The position numbers and the translations under genes were made by a program. Shown piece after piece: positions 1 to 15,000 of a DNA stretch of 64,000 nt. Location: NCBI GenBank assembly GCA_963514005.1, contig OY740799.1:33170001-33234000 (forward strand). The letters are read 5' to 3'. Position 1 is the first letter of the stretch. Every line of letters starts with the position of its first letter. The stretch comes from Raja brachyura. Its lineage: Eukaryota. A model generated the notes under the pieces. The model was given only the letters and a program-made list of their open reading frames with translations, did no database searches and was not told where the DNA came from.

Positions 1-66
1 GAGCATATGCCCATGCTTGTGCTGCGAAGGGTGTCATTGTGAGGAACTGGAGAGGATCAGTGTGCA
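1..66 (+). CDS. Mucin exon (partial): end of C8 domain of D2
   Basis: [21 protein letters not shown], then donor a|GTAAGT at 67, phase 1. Confidence 0.9.
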
Positions 67-3000
67 GTAAGTGATTTTTCATTGCATGTTACATTATAAT
101 TACAGAAATAAAGTGGATAGAAGACTATTAAGATGTGGGAGGTGACTATTCAGTTATTGAGACACAAGAGATTGCAGATGCTGGCAAATTGCTGGCGGAC
201 CTCAGCGGGTCAGACAGCATCTGTGAAGGGAAGGGACAAGAGACATTTTGGGTTGGGACCCATCTTCAGATTGATGAAGTAGGTGGGAGAAAGCTGCAGA
301 ATGGAGGTTGGGGTGGTGCAAAGATACAGTTGGGGGTGGCGGGGGGATGATTAGCAGATGGGTGGAGATAATCAGAGAGTCGTACAGCGTGGCAACTCTT
401 GACGCCCTTTCTTTGGAAACGTTTATCAACTTTACACTTGCAAGCTCCATTGTCCCAGTATCCATTGACTTTTCCGGAAGGAAATTCCAAATGTAACTGA
501 TAGTTAACTTTGTTTGGACTCTATTGCACTGTGGGATAAATACAGCATTACATTTTCTTTAACCAGTTTGTCTTGATTTAATTGATTTAATCACTAGAAT
601 AAGATAATCTTGTAGAAACATGAAATAATTTGTTCAGAGCAGTGTATTAAGAAGTGGACATCATTGAACTTTTCATACATTGGCAGAGAAATTCAAGAGG
701 AATCCAAAGAGATTTTATTAGTATATTAGAATAACTAGGGGGAGAATAGGGCCTTTCAAAGACCAAAAGGGAATCTATATTTGGAGCTGCAGGAGATCAG
801 CGAGGTCCTCAGTGAATATTTCTACTCTGTTTTTACTGTGAAGAAAAAAATGAAGACCAATGAACTCACAAAGGATGTCTTAGGGTTCGACTGCATTACA
901 TTAAAGGAATTGTTGGACATACCTAAAATGTATAAAGGTAGATTAATCACTGGGGTCTGATCAGATGTAATCAAAAACACTGTAGGAAGGTAAAGAAGAA
1001 ATCACAGATTCCCTGGATAAGATGTATGGTTCATCGTTAGGCATGAGTGAAGTGCCCGAAGACATGAAATTTGATTGTATATTTTTGAAGAAGCACCAAG
1101 AAGGTTAATGAGGATTAAAAGCACATAGTTCGCTGAAAGTGATGTTACAGGTGGACAGAGTGATGAAGAAGGCTTTTAGCATGCTAGCCTTCATCAATGA
1201 GGGCAATGAGTAAAGAGTAAAGAAGATGGGGTTTTATGTTACACTTGTGCAAGATTTTGGTGAGGATGCACTTGGAGTATTGTGTTCAGTTCCTGCTAAA
1301 GGGAAGATGCTATTAAGTGGAAAGAGTGAAGAAAATATTTATGAGGATGCTGCCAGGACTTGAGAGACTGAGTTATAGAGAGAGGTTGGGCATGCTAGAA
1401 CTTTATTCCATGGAGACTGAGGGGTGATCTTACAGTGGTATATAAAATCATGAGGGACGTAGATAGGGTGAATGGACACAGTCTTTTTCCCAGAGTTGGG
1501 GAATCAAGAACCAGAGGATTAGGTTTAATGTGAGAGAGGAAAGGTACAATAGGAACTTGAGGGACAACTTTTCCCACACAGAGGGTGTTACTTTAAAGGA
1601 ACATTTATGGAAGTAGTGAGGCAGATACAATAATAACATTTTATGGCATTTGGACTCGCATATGGACAGGACGATTTTGAGGTATATGGGTCAAGGACAG
1701 ACTAATGAGAATAACTACTTTGATGCATCTTGGTCAGCATGGACTAGTTGGTCCTGTTTCTGTGCTCTGTGTCTCTAAGACTCTGGAGCGTCAGGGGCTG
1801 AGGGGGGACCTGATTGAAATTTATAAAATTATGCGATGCATGGACAGTCAGATTATTTTTCCAATGATGGAACTGTCAAGTCATAGAAAGCATAACTTTA
1901 AGATGAGAGGGGGAAAGTTTAAAGGAGATGTTCGGAGCAAGTCTTATACACAGAGTGATAGATTCTTGGAGGGTACTGCCAGGGAGAGTGATGGGAGCAG
2001 ATGTGATTGTGACGTTTAAGAGGCTTTTTGATATACAAATAACCAATAATTGGCATCATGTTTGGCACAGATATTGTGGGCTGAAAGACCTGTCCATGTA
2101 CTGCATTGTTCCATGATATATGTTGTAACTACTAAGAATGCTAAATATGATGTTTGGTGATTTTTTTCTATCATAATGAGATTGCTCTCCAAGGAGAACA
2201 AAATCCAAATAGGGTATTGTTGGAAAAATGCTATTCATTCATTAGAACAATTAACGAGCCGAGTCTTATCTTAGAAATGTAAAACGTGATTTTTTCCCCG
2301 TGGTTTGAAATAAGCATGGTCATCTGCAGTCAGAAAATTATTTCACGATATCTTTGCCAATTGAACGTCTTGAGCAATTAGCCATGCAATTACTAGTGTT
2401 CAATCATATTTGGAGTTAATGGCAAAAATTAAATGGCTTAATGGAATGTTTTTCCTTCTTAGGAGTAAATTGTCCAATAACACAGATTTTTCATCATGAT
2501 GTGAGAGCATGTAACCGTATGTGCAGGTTTCTGTCAAATCCTGATTTCACATGTGAGCTTGAAGATGTTCCAGTTGATGGTTGTGGTTGTCCTGAGGGAA
2601 AGTACATGAATGATGAGAAAGCATGCGTGAGCAGATCAGAATGCCCTTGTTATGTTGATGGTATAAATATACCACCAGGACAAAGTCTTACTTTAAATGG
2701 AATGCAATGGTAAGTGTTTTACATTTTGCTCTGTACATTTTGGATTAAAGTACTTGCAACTATAAAATAAGAAGTATGCTTTTTTTCTTAGTTTATGTCT
2801 CAATGGAGAACTTTCATGCCCTCATGCAACAAATCCACCAATTATACGAGGTAAACAAATTTTAATCTATTTAAACAACTGAAGCACACAATTTAACTTT
2901 GGAATTAAATGAATGCACTTTAGTTGCATTAAAAAATAATTCACTTTTTTTTGTTAGATTGCACGAAACAAAATAAAATATTTTCGAATTGTGTCGCTGC

Positions 3001-6000
3001 TGGTGCATGCAAGAAGACATGTGAAACGCTGTACAAACCATGTGTAAGTGAACATGAGCCAATATTCTGGGTCCATTTGTTCAAAATGAAAGACCAATGG
3101 AGTCATGAATCTCAACATAATTTAGTTTAATAGGTGTCTGTCATGACACAAATGGTGATCCATTCTATTCATCTTTTTCTTGGGCAGTCCCTCAAGATCA
3201 AGTGTGATTTCATTCTATTTTGGTTTTGTGGGTTATGAAATGGCCACTGAGGCCTTGTGGGAATCACATACCCTTTCACAGATGGGCAGATGCTGACTGA
3301 CAGGGCAAGGGTAGTTTAAGTGATCTATTTCTTGCATCACAGTGACGCTGTTTTCCTGATATATGACCTCAACGTTTTCTATATCATCTGCAATGCTTTT
3401 TCCCCCACATTGAGCGGTCCACAGGCCAGAGAATCAGTAAGATTGCTGCATTTCTCCAAGGTGCATTTGAGCACTTCCTCAGATCTTTTCCTATGTCTTC
3501 CTGGTAAATTGTTCCCATGCAGAGCTTGAAAAAGTACTAGACATATGAAAGTCATGAGGCATATGAATGTTGATGCCTGCCCATAGTAGCCTCCTGGGAG
3601 ATGACAATGATGTTGGTTCTTTAGTCCTTACAGCAAATTTGGCATTGGTATTCGTATTGGATTATTATTGTTATATGTACCGAGATACAGTAAAAAACTT
3701 GCTTTTAGTGCTAACGTCAAATACTGTACAAGTATAATTAAGCCATACACAAGCACAACGGATAGTACAAAGAAAAAATAGCAGAGAGCTGAATATAGTG
3801 TTACAGTATTATAGCACTACAGTCACAGAGAAAATGTTCAAGATTTGGAATGAGATAGGTTGGAAGATTGGGACTACACCTTAGCTTTTGGGAGTATTGT
3901 GCAGTAGTCCACTGGCCATGGGGAAGAATCTGTATCTGAACCTGATGGCATGTGCTTTCAAGATTTTGCACCTTCTGCCCAAAACTGACTGAGCTATAAA
4001 TGATTTACAATTTTGTTCACTGCTTTCCTGAAACAACAGAAGTTTAACGGGATCTGGGGGTCCTTGTGCATAGTCAATTAAAGTAAGCATGCAGGTACAG
4101 CTGGCAGTGAAGAAAGCGAATGGCATGTTGGCCTTCATAACAAGAGGAGTTGAGTATAGGAGCAAAGAGGTCCTTCTGCAGTTGTATAGGGCCCCAATGA
4201 GACCACACCTGGAGCATTGTGTGCAGTTTTGGTCCCCTGATTTAAATTGGACATTCTTGCTATTGAGGGAGTGCAGAGTAGGTTTACAAGGTTAATTCCC
4301 AGGATGACAGGACTGTCATATGCTGAGAGAATGGAGCGGCTGGGCTTGTATACTCTGGAGTTTAGTAGGATGAGAGGGGATCTTATTAAAACATATAAGA
4401 TTATTAAGGGTTTGGACATGCTAGAAGCAGAAACATGTTCCCAATGTTGGGGGAGTCCAGAACCAGGGGCCACAGTTTTAGAATAAGGGGTAAGCCATTT
4501 ACAATGGAGACGAGTAAACACTTTTTCTCACAGAGAGTTGTGAGTCTGTAAAATTCTCTGCCTCAGAGGGTGGTGGAGGCCGGTTCTCTGGATACTTTCA
4601 AAAGAGAGCTAGATAGAACTCTTAAAGATAGCGGAGTCAGTGGATATGGGGAGAAGGCAGGAACGGGGTACTGATTGGGGATGATCAGCCATGATCACAT
4701 TGAATGGTGGTGCTGGCTCGAAGGGCCGAATGGTCTACTTCTGCACCTATTGTCTATTGTCTATTGTCTATAGTCTAAGTGCAGATGGGGTTGATAGTTG
4801 AGAGACTAGTTTCTCGTGATGGACTACATCAGAGAGATTACAGTGAGTTGTGTTGCATCACAGCTCTCTGCAATTTCGTATGGTCTTGGGTAGAACTGTT
4901 GCTCAACCAGACTGTGAGGCAACTAAGTTAGGATGCTTTTTACAGTGCATCTGTAGAAGGTAAGTTTTTGGAGCATGTTAAAATTTCTTAGTCTTCTGAG
5001 AAAGTGTGGACATCTGTGTGCTTTTTTGCCCATAGCTTCAACGTGACTGTTCAAAGTGGGTGTAGATGCATTGAGTTAATCGGGAAGGGGCCCATTGTTG
5101 CCAGCGATACTACCTGCCTTCATTTTGTAGCTTTATACCATACGTGTCTTGTCACAATCTATGGGTATCTATGTCACTCAATCTATAAAATGGATAATGG
5201 ATTCATTGCTTGTAATGTGACCTGTTCTGTATTGTCGAGAAAAAGTAGTTTTACAGAACATGTGCACCGTCCACAACAGTCATCTTGAGCTTCCAGTTGG
5301 ATGTCTATTGAACTCTCCTCCCCATCCCTTCATTACCACAGTGAGGCTAAGTGCAAACTAGAAGAACAATACCTCAGATTCTGCTTTGTTAGCTTATGCC
5401 CAAAAGTATGAACATTGAATTTTCCATTCTCACATAACTCTGACACCCTATATTGTTGTCTAATCCCCACCAACCCTCCCAAGTTCTCTGTTCACCTTTT
5501 TCTTCCATTCCCCATGCTCCCTAATCTGGTTCCATCTGCTTATCATTTCCCCCCCTCTTCTGGTTCAACCTATCACCTACTAGATCCTCAATGTGCTCTT
5601 CTGGTTCAACCTATCACCTACTACAGTAGATTCATCAGTGTGCTTTTTTACCCATAGCTCAATGGGGCTGATCCAGGACAAATTGTTGGTGATATTCATA
5701 TCTAGGAATTTTAAGCATTCAACCATCTCCACTTCGGGAACATTAATGCTGATTTGAGGGTGTACCCCATAGCCCTTTTCTGAAATAGCATTGGTAGTAT
5801 TTTATCCTTTGCCTTAACATACCTGTTGCGGGTAGTCCTAGTCTCAGAAGCATATAGGACTGCAGGGTATAGTTTAACTATGTGATGATTACGCATACAT
5901 GCTGTCCAAGTATAGATCTTAATGCCAATTCTGCCAATTTTACAATGTTTTCTCCTTTATAAAGCCAAACCCATGTGTCCCGGGCTGTGTCTGCCCTGAC

Positions 6001-9000
6001 GGTTTGGTGGAGGATTCCAGTGGAAGATGCATTGCACCATCTCAGTGTCCTTGTGTATTTGGAGGTGAAACCTTTGGGCCTGGAGAAACAATCAAAAGGG
6101 ACTGCAATAAGTGGTGAGCCTCGACAAATGTCAAACAAAATAACAGCCCTTAACAGCATAGAATTGTAGAAAGATATTACTATGTCTTCTCTATTATAGC
6201 ACATGCAAAATTGGCACATGGGAATGTACCAATGATCCATGTCCAAAGACATGCCATGTTTATGGAGATGGACATTACATAACCTTTGATGGAAAGCGAT
6301 ACACTTTTGATGGCAACTGTGAATATATCTTTGTTGAGGTAAGATAGAGAACATCATATTCAATGTGCATTTTTTTTCTTTTTCATTTAGTTGTAAACAT
6401 ATATGATAATACTTAAATTTAAAATCTCTGTATTCTTTCTAAGTTTAGGCAGACATGCAAAAGATTATTGTTAATTGATATAATAATTGTAATCAGTATT
6501 TAAAATATTTCACTGAAGTATTTATTAAAAATTTCTCTAAAGTGATTTGTTCATTTAAAATGGATCGGTCCTAGCAACTACTTTTGACATTTGGTCAGCC
6601 TTTGGTTGTTGTTATTGATGGCTGTTGGAGGAGAGGGAGTAATACATGTGTGCAAATGGAATTGTTCACACATTTGCTTGTTTAATCACTCAAAGAATTT
6701 CACACTTCAAAATTATGACAGATGAGATTCTAAACATGAAGCAGCATATTAGATCGCATGTTTAAAAGTACAAATTGTCTCAGACACAATCAGCAAGAAT
6801 GGTTTTGAGTGTAATCTGAAATCTCTGATATTGCTTCTGAGATATAAATGAGAAGGTAAAAATGAGCAAAATGTATTAATCAGATTAAATGATCTGAGAT
6901 TCTATAGTATGAATGGTTCTTCAGCAAACCTTAAATGCTTTTGAAAGTGTTAACTATCACTTGGTGCTAAGGGTTTCAAGAGCTGTTATTATGACCTTGT
7001 CTTTTTCCTTTCCTTTGTCCTTATATTTTCTTGAGCTCAGAGGATAATGAAAAAATATATAAATCTTGATGAACTATAAATTATAGTGGAATTATTGAGC
7101 TGGCTCTGCCAATCCAGATTATGATTGGTTAAAATTACGCTGCACCAATTTAACCAAGTTATCTTAATTTTAGGATCGATGTCTGCAAAAGATTGGCACA
7201 TTCCAAATACTGACCGAGAGTGTTCCCTGCTGTGAAAATGGAGTGACATGTTCAAGAAACATCAGAATCATATTTGAGGTATATGCCCTTTGATTTATAA
7301 CAATTAGAATGCGTAAGATGGCGTTTTTAAATAAAGCATCCAAATGGATCCTTGCAATGAATTAATTTAGTTTATTCAGCATGTTATAAATCAATATATT
7401 TTCAAATATATTCTTATAGGATAAAGAAATAATTCTGTTGAGTGGAAATAGAGTGAGTGAAATATCCCTTGGCAAATACCAGTGCACGGAAAATTTATAT
7501 ACAATTCACAACGTTGGACTTTACTTAGTCATAACATTTTCCAATGGGATAACTGTGATATGGGACAAAAATACAAGATTTTCAATCACATTGGACCCCA
7601 GATGGAAGGTATGTATGATTGTAAATTAAAATGTTTCCTTAATTTCTGTTTATTGATAGAGAAAACATAATGAAAAAGCTTGTGTGGCATAATTCATATG
7701 AGAGACGTGGATGTGGTGTGAAAAATGTTTAACTAAATGCTCGTAGACAATTGAGCTGTAGATGGAATGGACAACACATAATTTGGGACAAAATTCCCTG
7801 AGCAATGCAGCATTGGATTCAAAATAAATTAGATGAAACGATGGTTTTTCATTTATTATTGGGCTCATTATCAGCTATTCAACTTTAAGAAGCAGCTGAG
7901 CAATAACCTACATTTCTTTGTATAAGGACAATATTAAATAGTACTTAGAAGCATTGCCAGCAGTTTAATAGGAATTGTGAAAAGGGTAGGGAGCTGCATT
8001 GTTTAACAATAGAGAAAAACTGGCACAAAATAACTATGGAAAACGGAGTTGAGCACAGATGTCCACAAAATTTTTAAAGGTGCACTAGAATGGAAAAGAT
8101 GTGAGGGGCAATGGTTATTATGGTAATTCTTCCATTATGTTAAAATTCAGATGCAGCCCAAGGCCTTGGTTGCACAAAATTAGCTTGATAGGTCTATCAC
8201 ATAATTGAGGGAAGCTTGATTAGGGAGTTATTGACACTGTGGTGACACACTAACACTCTATCAGATTTCTTACATGTGGTGGTAGGAGGAAATGAGAAGG
8301 AAGAGAAGGGAAGGGATCAGAATGGTGCTATTATGCATGGTAAGGGAAGGTTGAGACAAGCAGATGAAGGGTTGACAGAGTCCAGTAAATCAGCTGAGAA
8401 TGGATCATTGTGATGGGGAGTGGAGGGGGGGGGGGGGTGGTGTTAGGGTTTTAATGCAGATTAAAGGGTCAGGGTCTTAGTGGAGATTGACATTGGGTAG
8501 TACATTAAATTCGGCAGGTGACTTCGGCATTCGGCATTATATGACTTTCATACAGCTCTGCCAAAATAGCAAAATGGTAGAGAGGGTGTTGCCTTATTGA
8601 TTAAGGAGAATGTCATGGCATTAGTCCAAGATGACATTACTGATAGTTAAAAAAAACAAATAAAAGTAATAATGTTAAATATATATTAAAAGATATTTTG
8701 ATAGGTACATGGATAGGATAGGTTTAGAAGGATATGGGCAAATGCCTTCTAAGTGTAGATGGAGCATGTTGGTCGGTGCGGAGAAGTTGAGCTGAAGAGG
8801 CCTATTTCCACATTGTATGACTCTATAACTCTAATAGAAACCAACGTCCTCCTGTGTGGCTTTGAGGCGAAATTGACATTGGGGTCACAAGACTGGCTAT
8901 TGACAGGAAATGTCCTATCAAATTCTCAATACAGTGAAAAATATCCCAGAAATTATTATCACACTTCCCTCATAGACAAAACTTCTCCATGTGCACAGAT

Positions 9001-12000
9001 TGAATAAAACACCAACAGGGAACTGGAGATTTTTACGCAAATATGTTTTTATGACATCTTTTGTATATAAGCTTTGGATTTGTCAAGTTGGGAATAACCA
9101 ATGTGAATCTAAAAAAACTAAAAATACTGGAAAGTCTTAGCAGGTTAGGCAGCATCTGTGAAAAGTGATGCAGTTCAGGTCAAAGACCCATCCTCAGACC
9201 CATCTTCAGCCTTCGACCTGAAGAATTAACTGTTTATCTTTCCATTAGTATCTCCTGACCTGTTGTATTTTTGGAGGGTTTTGTTTTAATTTCAGATTTC
9301 CAGTATCTTAAGTTTTTTGATTTTCATTTAATGTGAACCTGAATCTCCCAATGCAGTGTTCCAGGATATAACGAGAGGCCAAGGTGAAAACCTTAATTGG
9401 ACAATCCCAACTCAAAATCTTGTCTCTAAGTCAATTGGCAGTGTGGAAAGGCAAAACAGAATCCACATGGGTGGTGCAAAAGGCTTCCTCAAACCTGCCA
9501 AATGGCTACCATTAAACATACGTATACATAAAGTAAAACCTTTATATGAAATGATAAATCACTTCAATGAAAGCAAAAATCCAAGAGGAATTGTTATAAA
9601 ATTACCCCTTTGATGCCATCTATTTTCAAGAGTCTGCAAGTACTGTATATATTTAAAAACAACAGTTCACATACAGATTTTCAATTAGCATTTATGAGGT
9701 TGACATTTCATTCAAAGGATGGCTTGATGCTTTGAGGAGTTAAATAGTAACAGTAAAAGGTGTACAATGTATGTATATGTGGTAAAGATCATGAGGATTC
9801 AAAGTCAAGAGTTTGTTGAAAATAAGGAAGATGAAATATAATTGGATCAGATAATAGTCTTGAATTATTCTTCATTTTAAATTATACATTTAGCAGTTTA
9901 ATCTTCTTTTATATACTTGCGCCAACTTTTATCATGAAATGTGTGACAATGGTGAAGGCCTTCAACCAATAGATTAGTCAATCAATCCAGAACTGTCAAA
10001 AATCCCCATATTGTATAATTTAGCAGTTTATTGAAAATACTTTGAATTTTCAACCATACTAATCCATAGGTAATGAAGAGTGAAATAACTTGCTTTATTT
10101 ATTGCCATTCACAAACTAAATTATAACCTCTTTATAGCCAATGTCTTTGGTTCTGGTTGTGATGTAAAACCCTCTTGATGCTTCACTCTCTCTATGATTG
10201 TGTTTATTTTTGGAGTAGACAAAAGCTGTGCTTCTGAAGTGCGGAACACTGAAAATTATATAAAAGATCAAAGACTAGGTCAAAAATTAACTAATTAAAT
10301 AATTGTAATGATTTAATTCATTAATTATGTTTGTATGGTGCCATACTGGATCTCAAGAGGAGACTATGTGGTTTATTTCAATGAAAGATTGATAATTCTG
10401 ACATTTGTATTGGGTTAACTTGGAAAAAGTAGGAAATTTTAATTGTAAATGTAGAATAGTAACCATTATTTTGCTTTTTTTACATACATAAGAATAAAGT
10501 TTGTGGCCTTTGTGGAAATTTCAATGAAAATATTGAAGACGACTTAACAACGAAGGGGAACTCCTTGGTGACCAGCTTTATGACCTTTGGGAACAGTTGG
10601 AAGTCCATGCAGTCATGCTCTGACACAGTTAATGAAATATACCCATGTGATAACAATCCATATTGTTTAGCATGGGCTCAGAAGAGGTGCAGCATAATTA
10701 CTGGCCCAGTCTTTCAAGCTTGTCATAAAGTGGTAAGATGCCAGTTAAATTTGAAATTTAAATAGAATCCATAATGCAATCATGATTTCTGACATTGTGG
10801 CTCTTTATCAGGTTAACCCAATCGCATTTTATGATGCTTGTGTCCAAGAAGCTTGTGTTTGTGATATGGAGGGAAAATACCAGGGTTTGTGTACTGCTAT
10901 TGCTGTGTACGCAGAGGCTTGCAACAAAGCTGATGTTTGCATTCGCTGGAGAACCCCTGAATTCTGCCGTAAGTCTAAACTTCTGTATTCCTTGTAGAGA
11001 ACAATTAAGGTATAAGGGCTCATCAACATATTTTTATAGATAGCAGAACACATTGATCCACAGAGTACCATAATTATTCAGATTGTTGTTCCAGATTCCC
11101 GCATCTGCAGACTCTTGTGTTCTCAAGGTCCAGATTGATGCTTGGTGCTGTTTAAAATCTGTGTCATTTTGTAATTGCAATAAATAAACCATATTTCCTT
11201 CTTCAATTCCCTGCCTCTTTTAACACAAGATCCTCCATCTTCTACTTGGTTCAGTAAACAGTGCACAATTAATTATCGAGAGTATTCTCCAAACAGAATC
11301 AATGTTTTAAGAAGATTGGCCTTTATTGCCTTCCATCACAGTGAAGAATGTGGGGAATCTGCTGTGTTGGTTGTTTATGTTAACTTTTATGTAGTTGTGT
11401 GTCTTGTTGCCTTTTTAAAAATATGGCTGTATGGTAATTTGAATTTCATTGCACCTTAATTAGTACATGTGACAATAAACTGACCTTGATACCTTGATTC
11501 TGTTTGGAGGATACTCTCGGGTATTTATTTGTGCACTGTTACTGAACCACTTTTTAGCTCACGATGGATAACATATCAAAACTGATTTTGATCCTTGCAA
11601 TGAAAGGCAGGTCATTTTGATCCTTTCAGTGAAAGGCAGGTCACTATCACTGTACACTTTTAATCCTTGATTCATCAAGAAAATACATTCAGAACCTCAC
11701 GCAGCCGAATATTCCAACACCTGCTGATCTGCAACTAATCCACAATATTTGTTTCATTAAATCTCATCTGTTTGCTTATTAATGGGATTTGTGGCTATTA
11801 ATTTGAAGATGATGTTCTGCCAACATTCAGTCTCTATCCTCCAAGTTTGGCATACACTGAAGAATAAATGCACGTATCATTCTATCTATCAATGTTACTG
11901 TTTTATCTAAAAAAGATACTTTGCAGGTTGATTGTATTGGTGCTCATGACAATTCTCCTTTACCTACTACATAAGTCAACTCATTTATCAACATGTATAC

Positions 12001-15000
12001 TCTTTGGAATAGAAGAATAAAGTTGTCCGAGTATCTGCCATGTTAAGGACAGATGTCTGAGAGTCCAACACTCCAGTTCACAGACCAATATCTATAAAAT
12101 AAATATACAGTGACTATTTGCCATGCAATATTGTGCTCATTTTGGGCAATGAATAACCAAGCCAAAATCACAATTTGATTGTTTCTTTTATTCTCCAGCT
12201 GTATTCTGTGACTATTATAACAGTCTTGGTGGCTGCAGTTGGCATTATCAGCCATGTGGAACAACAACAACAAAAACATGCACAAGGAAAAAGTTCTCTG
12301 CAAACCTAGAAGGTGCAGTTTAGAATGTATTCAAATATGTCACAATCATTTTACAATTTGTTTTAAACAATACTTTTAGGTTAGACTAAGATTCAGTTCT
12401 TAAAAATAAAAATCATAATAATCAATTCATTATGCAATTCATTACACATTATACTCAGTTAAAGTATCTATATATTTTGATTAATCTTCAAAAAAAATCA
12501 TGCGTATCCTGTCATTCGTTGGAAATTTGTGCATATTTAGAATAGAGATACATTTTATTGGTGTCAAGGTCTGCTGCATTTACAACATTCCTGTTTATCT
12601 TGATGGTCATTTTTACTTCTCACTACTTTAGGTTGCTATGCCAAGTGCCCAGATAATGCTCCTTACTTGGATGAAAATATTATGAAATGTGTTACACTAC
12701 CACAGTGCACATGTTATAATGATGGGAGAATACTACAACCTGGTGAAACAACAATAAATGATTGTGAAGAATGGTAAAGTAGTCATATCAGTAAATGTAT
12801 TTATCACTGTTCTAATATTGAAAGAAAAAAACAAGATAAATGCCAAAAAATTGGATTTTACAAATATTCCCTTAATAGTGACATTCGCTATTTTAATAAT
12901 TGAAATATAAAATGCAGTCTAGGATAATTTCACACCTGAACAAAGGCCAAAATAATTGTTTTCAAATTACTTCCCACCCACCACCCTCCCTCACCTACTT
13001 CAGTGACTTTAATCTACAGTTTGCAGTTATATTCATTTTCTGTTCCTTCTGCAAAAAGTTCTTCATTTTCTTTATTCTCTCTGGCTAACAATAATCAGTG
13101 ACTATTCTTTCTGAGAACCCATCCCTTAATAATTATCCTTCATTGTTACACTATATTGTAATATTTGTTGTGAATTATGAACATTATGTGGGCTATTGCT
13201 CCTTTAAAGGTTAACTTCTCCATGAGTTGCAACAATAAAGTGCGGGTGGTCTGTGATTACCCATGAATAAACCAACAAAATGTATTAAAACTTCTTATGT
13301 TTCATTCTGCTATTAGTAAAGAATCTATTCCCTTGAACAAACATTGCCTCCATTACATTTTTAAATCCTCCTGTGGACTATGGTTTTTGGTGGTGATTTC
13401 AGAGCTAACAGAGTTTTTACCTTTCCAATTCCATCTTTCCAGAGAGGTTGAACCATTGCAACACAATATGTCTTTAGACTAGTTTGTAGTTCTTTAGTTT
13501 GTCTTATTTGTAACATCTTTCTTTTTGTTGACAGTACATGCCTTAATGGAATCACTACTTGCCAAAGTAAGTAGTAACTTTCAGCATTCACCTGTTAAAA
13601 TAATGCATATTTGTAATTAATTATTGTTTTTCGATAAAGGAGAATGTTTGCTTATTTGCAGTGCAATATTAATAGTATCAGCAGTTGTAGTTATATCTTC
13701 AGTTTAAATATTTCCAAAACACTACTTATCAAATGCGAGACTTGAATAATTAGCACATCTGTAGAAGTTGGTGGGAGTTGTTGAAGACATGCCAAACTTG
13801 CTAAGCCTTCTGAGGAAGTAGAGGCATTGGTGTGCTCTCATAGCCTTTGCTTTGATACGGCTAGTTCAGGAGAAGTTGCTGGTGATATTTACTGCTAGGA
13901 ACTTGAAGCTTTCAACCATCTCTATTTTGGCACTGTCAATGTATGTGTAGCACTTTGCCTGACTTCTGAAGTTGATCGCTATCTCCTTTGTCTTGTTGAC
14001 ATTGAGAGAAAGGTTATTAACGCGACACCTGGTTACAAGTTTCTCAATGTCCTTCCTGTACTCCATCTCCCAATTATTTTGGTATCTGTGCCACTACGGT
14101 GGTGTCACCCATGAATTTGTAAATTTAGTTAAATTTGTACGAGGCTGCACAATTGTGGTGAATAAGGAGCAATGAAGGGAGCTGAGAACACATTCTTGCG
14201 GAGCACCCATATTGGGGATTATTGTAGAGGATGATTTGTCACCTACAACTTGTACTGAAGTCATAGCAGAGCTAAGAAACACTCATGCATGCAGGCAAAA
14301 TGTACCCAACATAGATAACCCCTGCATTATAGAGTGATTGCATTTGCTGTAATCGTGATTTTCTGCAACACATCTCCTTTTGCTCTTGAATCCCATGTTA
14401 TAAGTGGAGAATGTTTTTCTCTCATTTTAAACCAATTTATCAGTGATGACAAGAGAATTCTTATTTCTCTTGTCATCAGTGATGACAAGAGAATTCCACC
14501 ATTCTTATTTAACATTTGAGACCAACATTAGACCCAGATGAAACAGCAAGTTTCATCAATTTTTAATCACTCAATATTGTACGGCAATAAGATTTGAACA
14601 TGATTTTGTTGATTGGGTTAGGAGTCCCAGCTGAGCCGCCCACCTTTGCCATGCTCCCTCTAGTCCTATGATATGTGAACTCATGACTCAGACCGTAGCA
14701 CTGCCGGGGATTAATTTGTGAGTCCTACTATCTGATGCACAAGGCTCGCTGAACATGAAAGGGTTTACTAAGTGGGTTTATTTGGGAAAGGAATGGAATT
14801 CAAGGGTTGGGATTTATGGGAGAAAAGTGACGTAGAAGGAATTAATGGGGCAACACAGTGAAGTCTGCTCACCTCCCTGTGACCACGTGGCTTTCCTCTG
14901 TGTCCTCCTACATCTCAAAGACGGCGGGTTTGATGGTTCATCGGCCTCTGTAAGTTGCTCCTAATGTGTAGGGAACAAATGAAAAAGTGGGATAACATAG

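Noticed and set aside
5878-6363. 161-aa minus-strand ORF, the longest in the track
   Set aside because: Antisense shadow of two real + strand mucin exons; no recognisable protein.
11585-11642. 29-bp tandem duplication; also a ~27-bp direct repeat at ~5555-5622 and a G-run at ~8425-8437
   Set aside because: Ordinary local slippage in intronic or TE DNA, with no sign of function.
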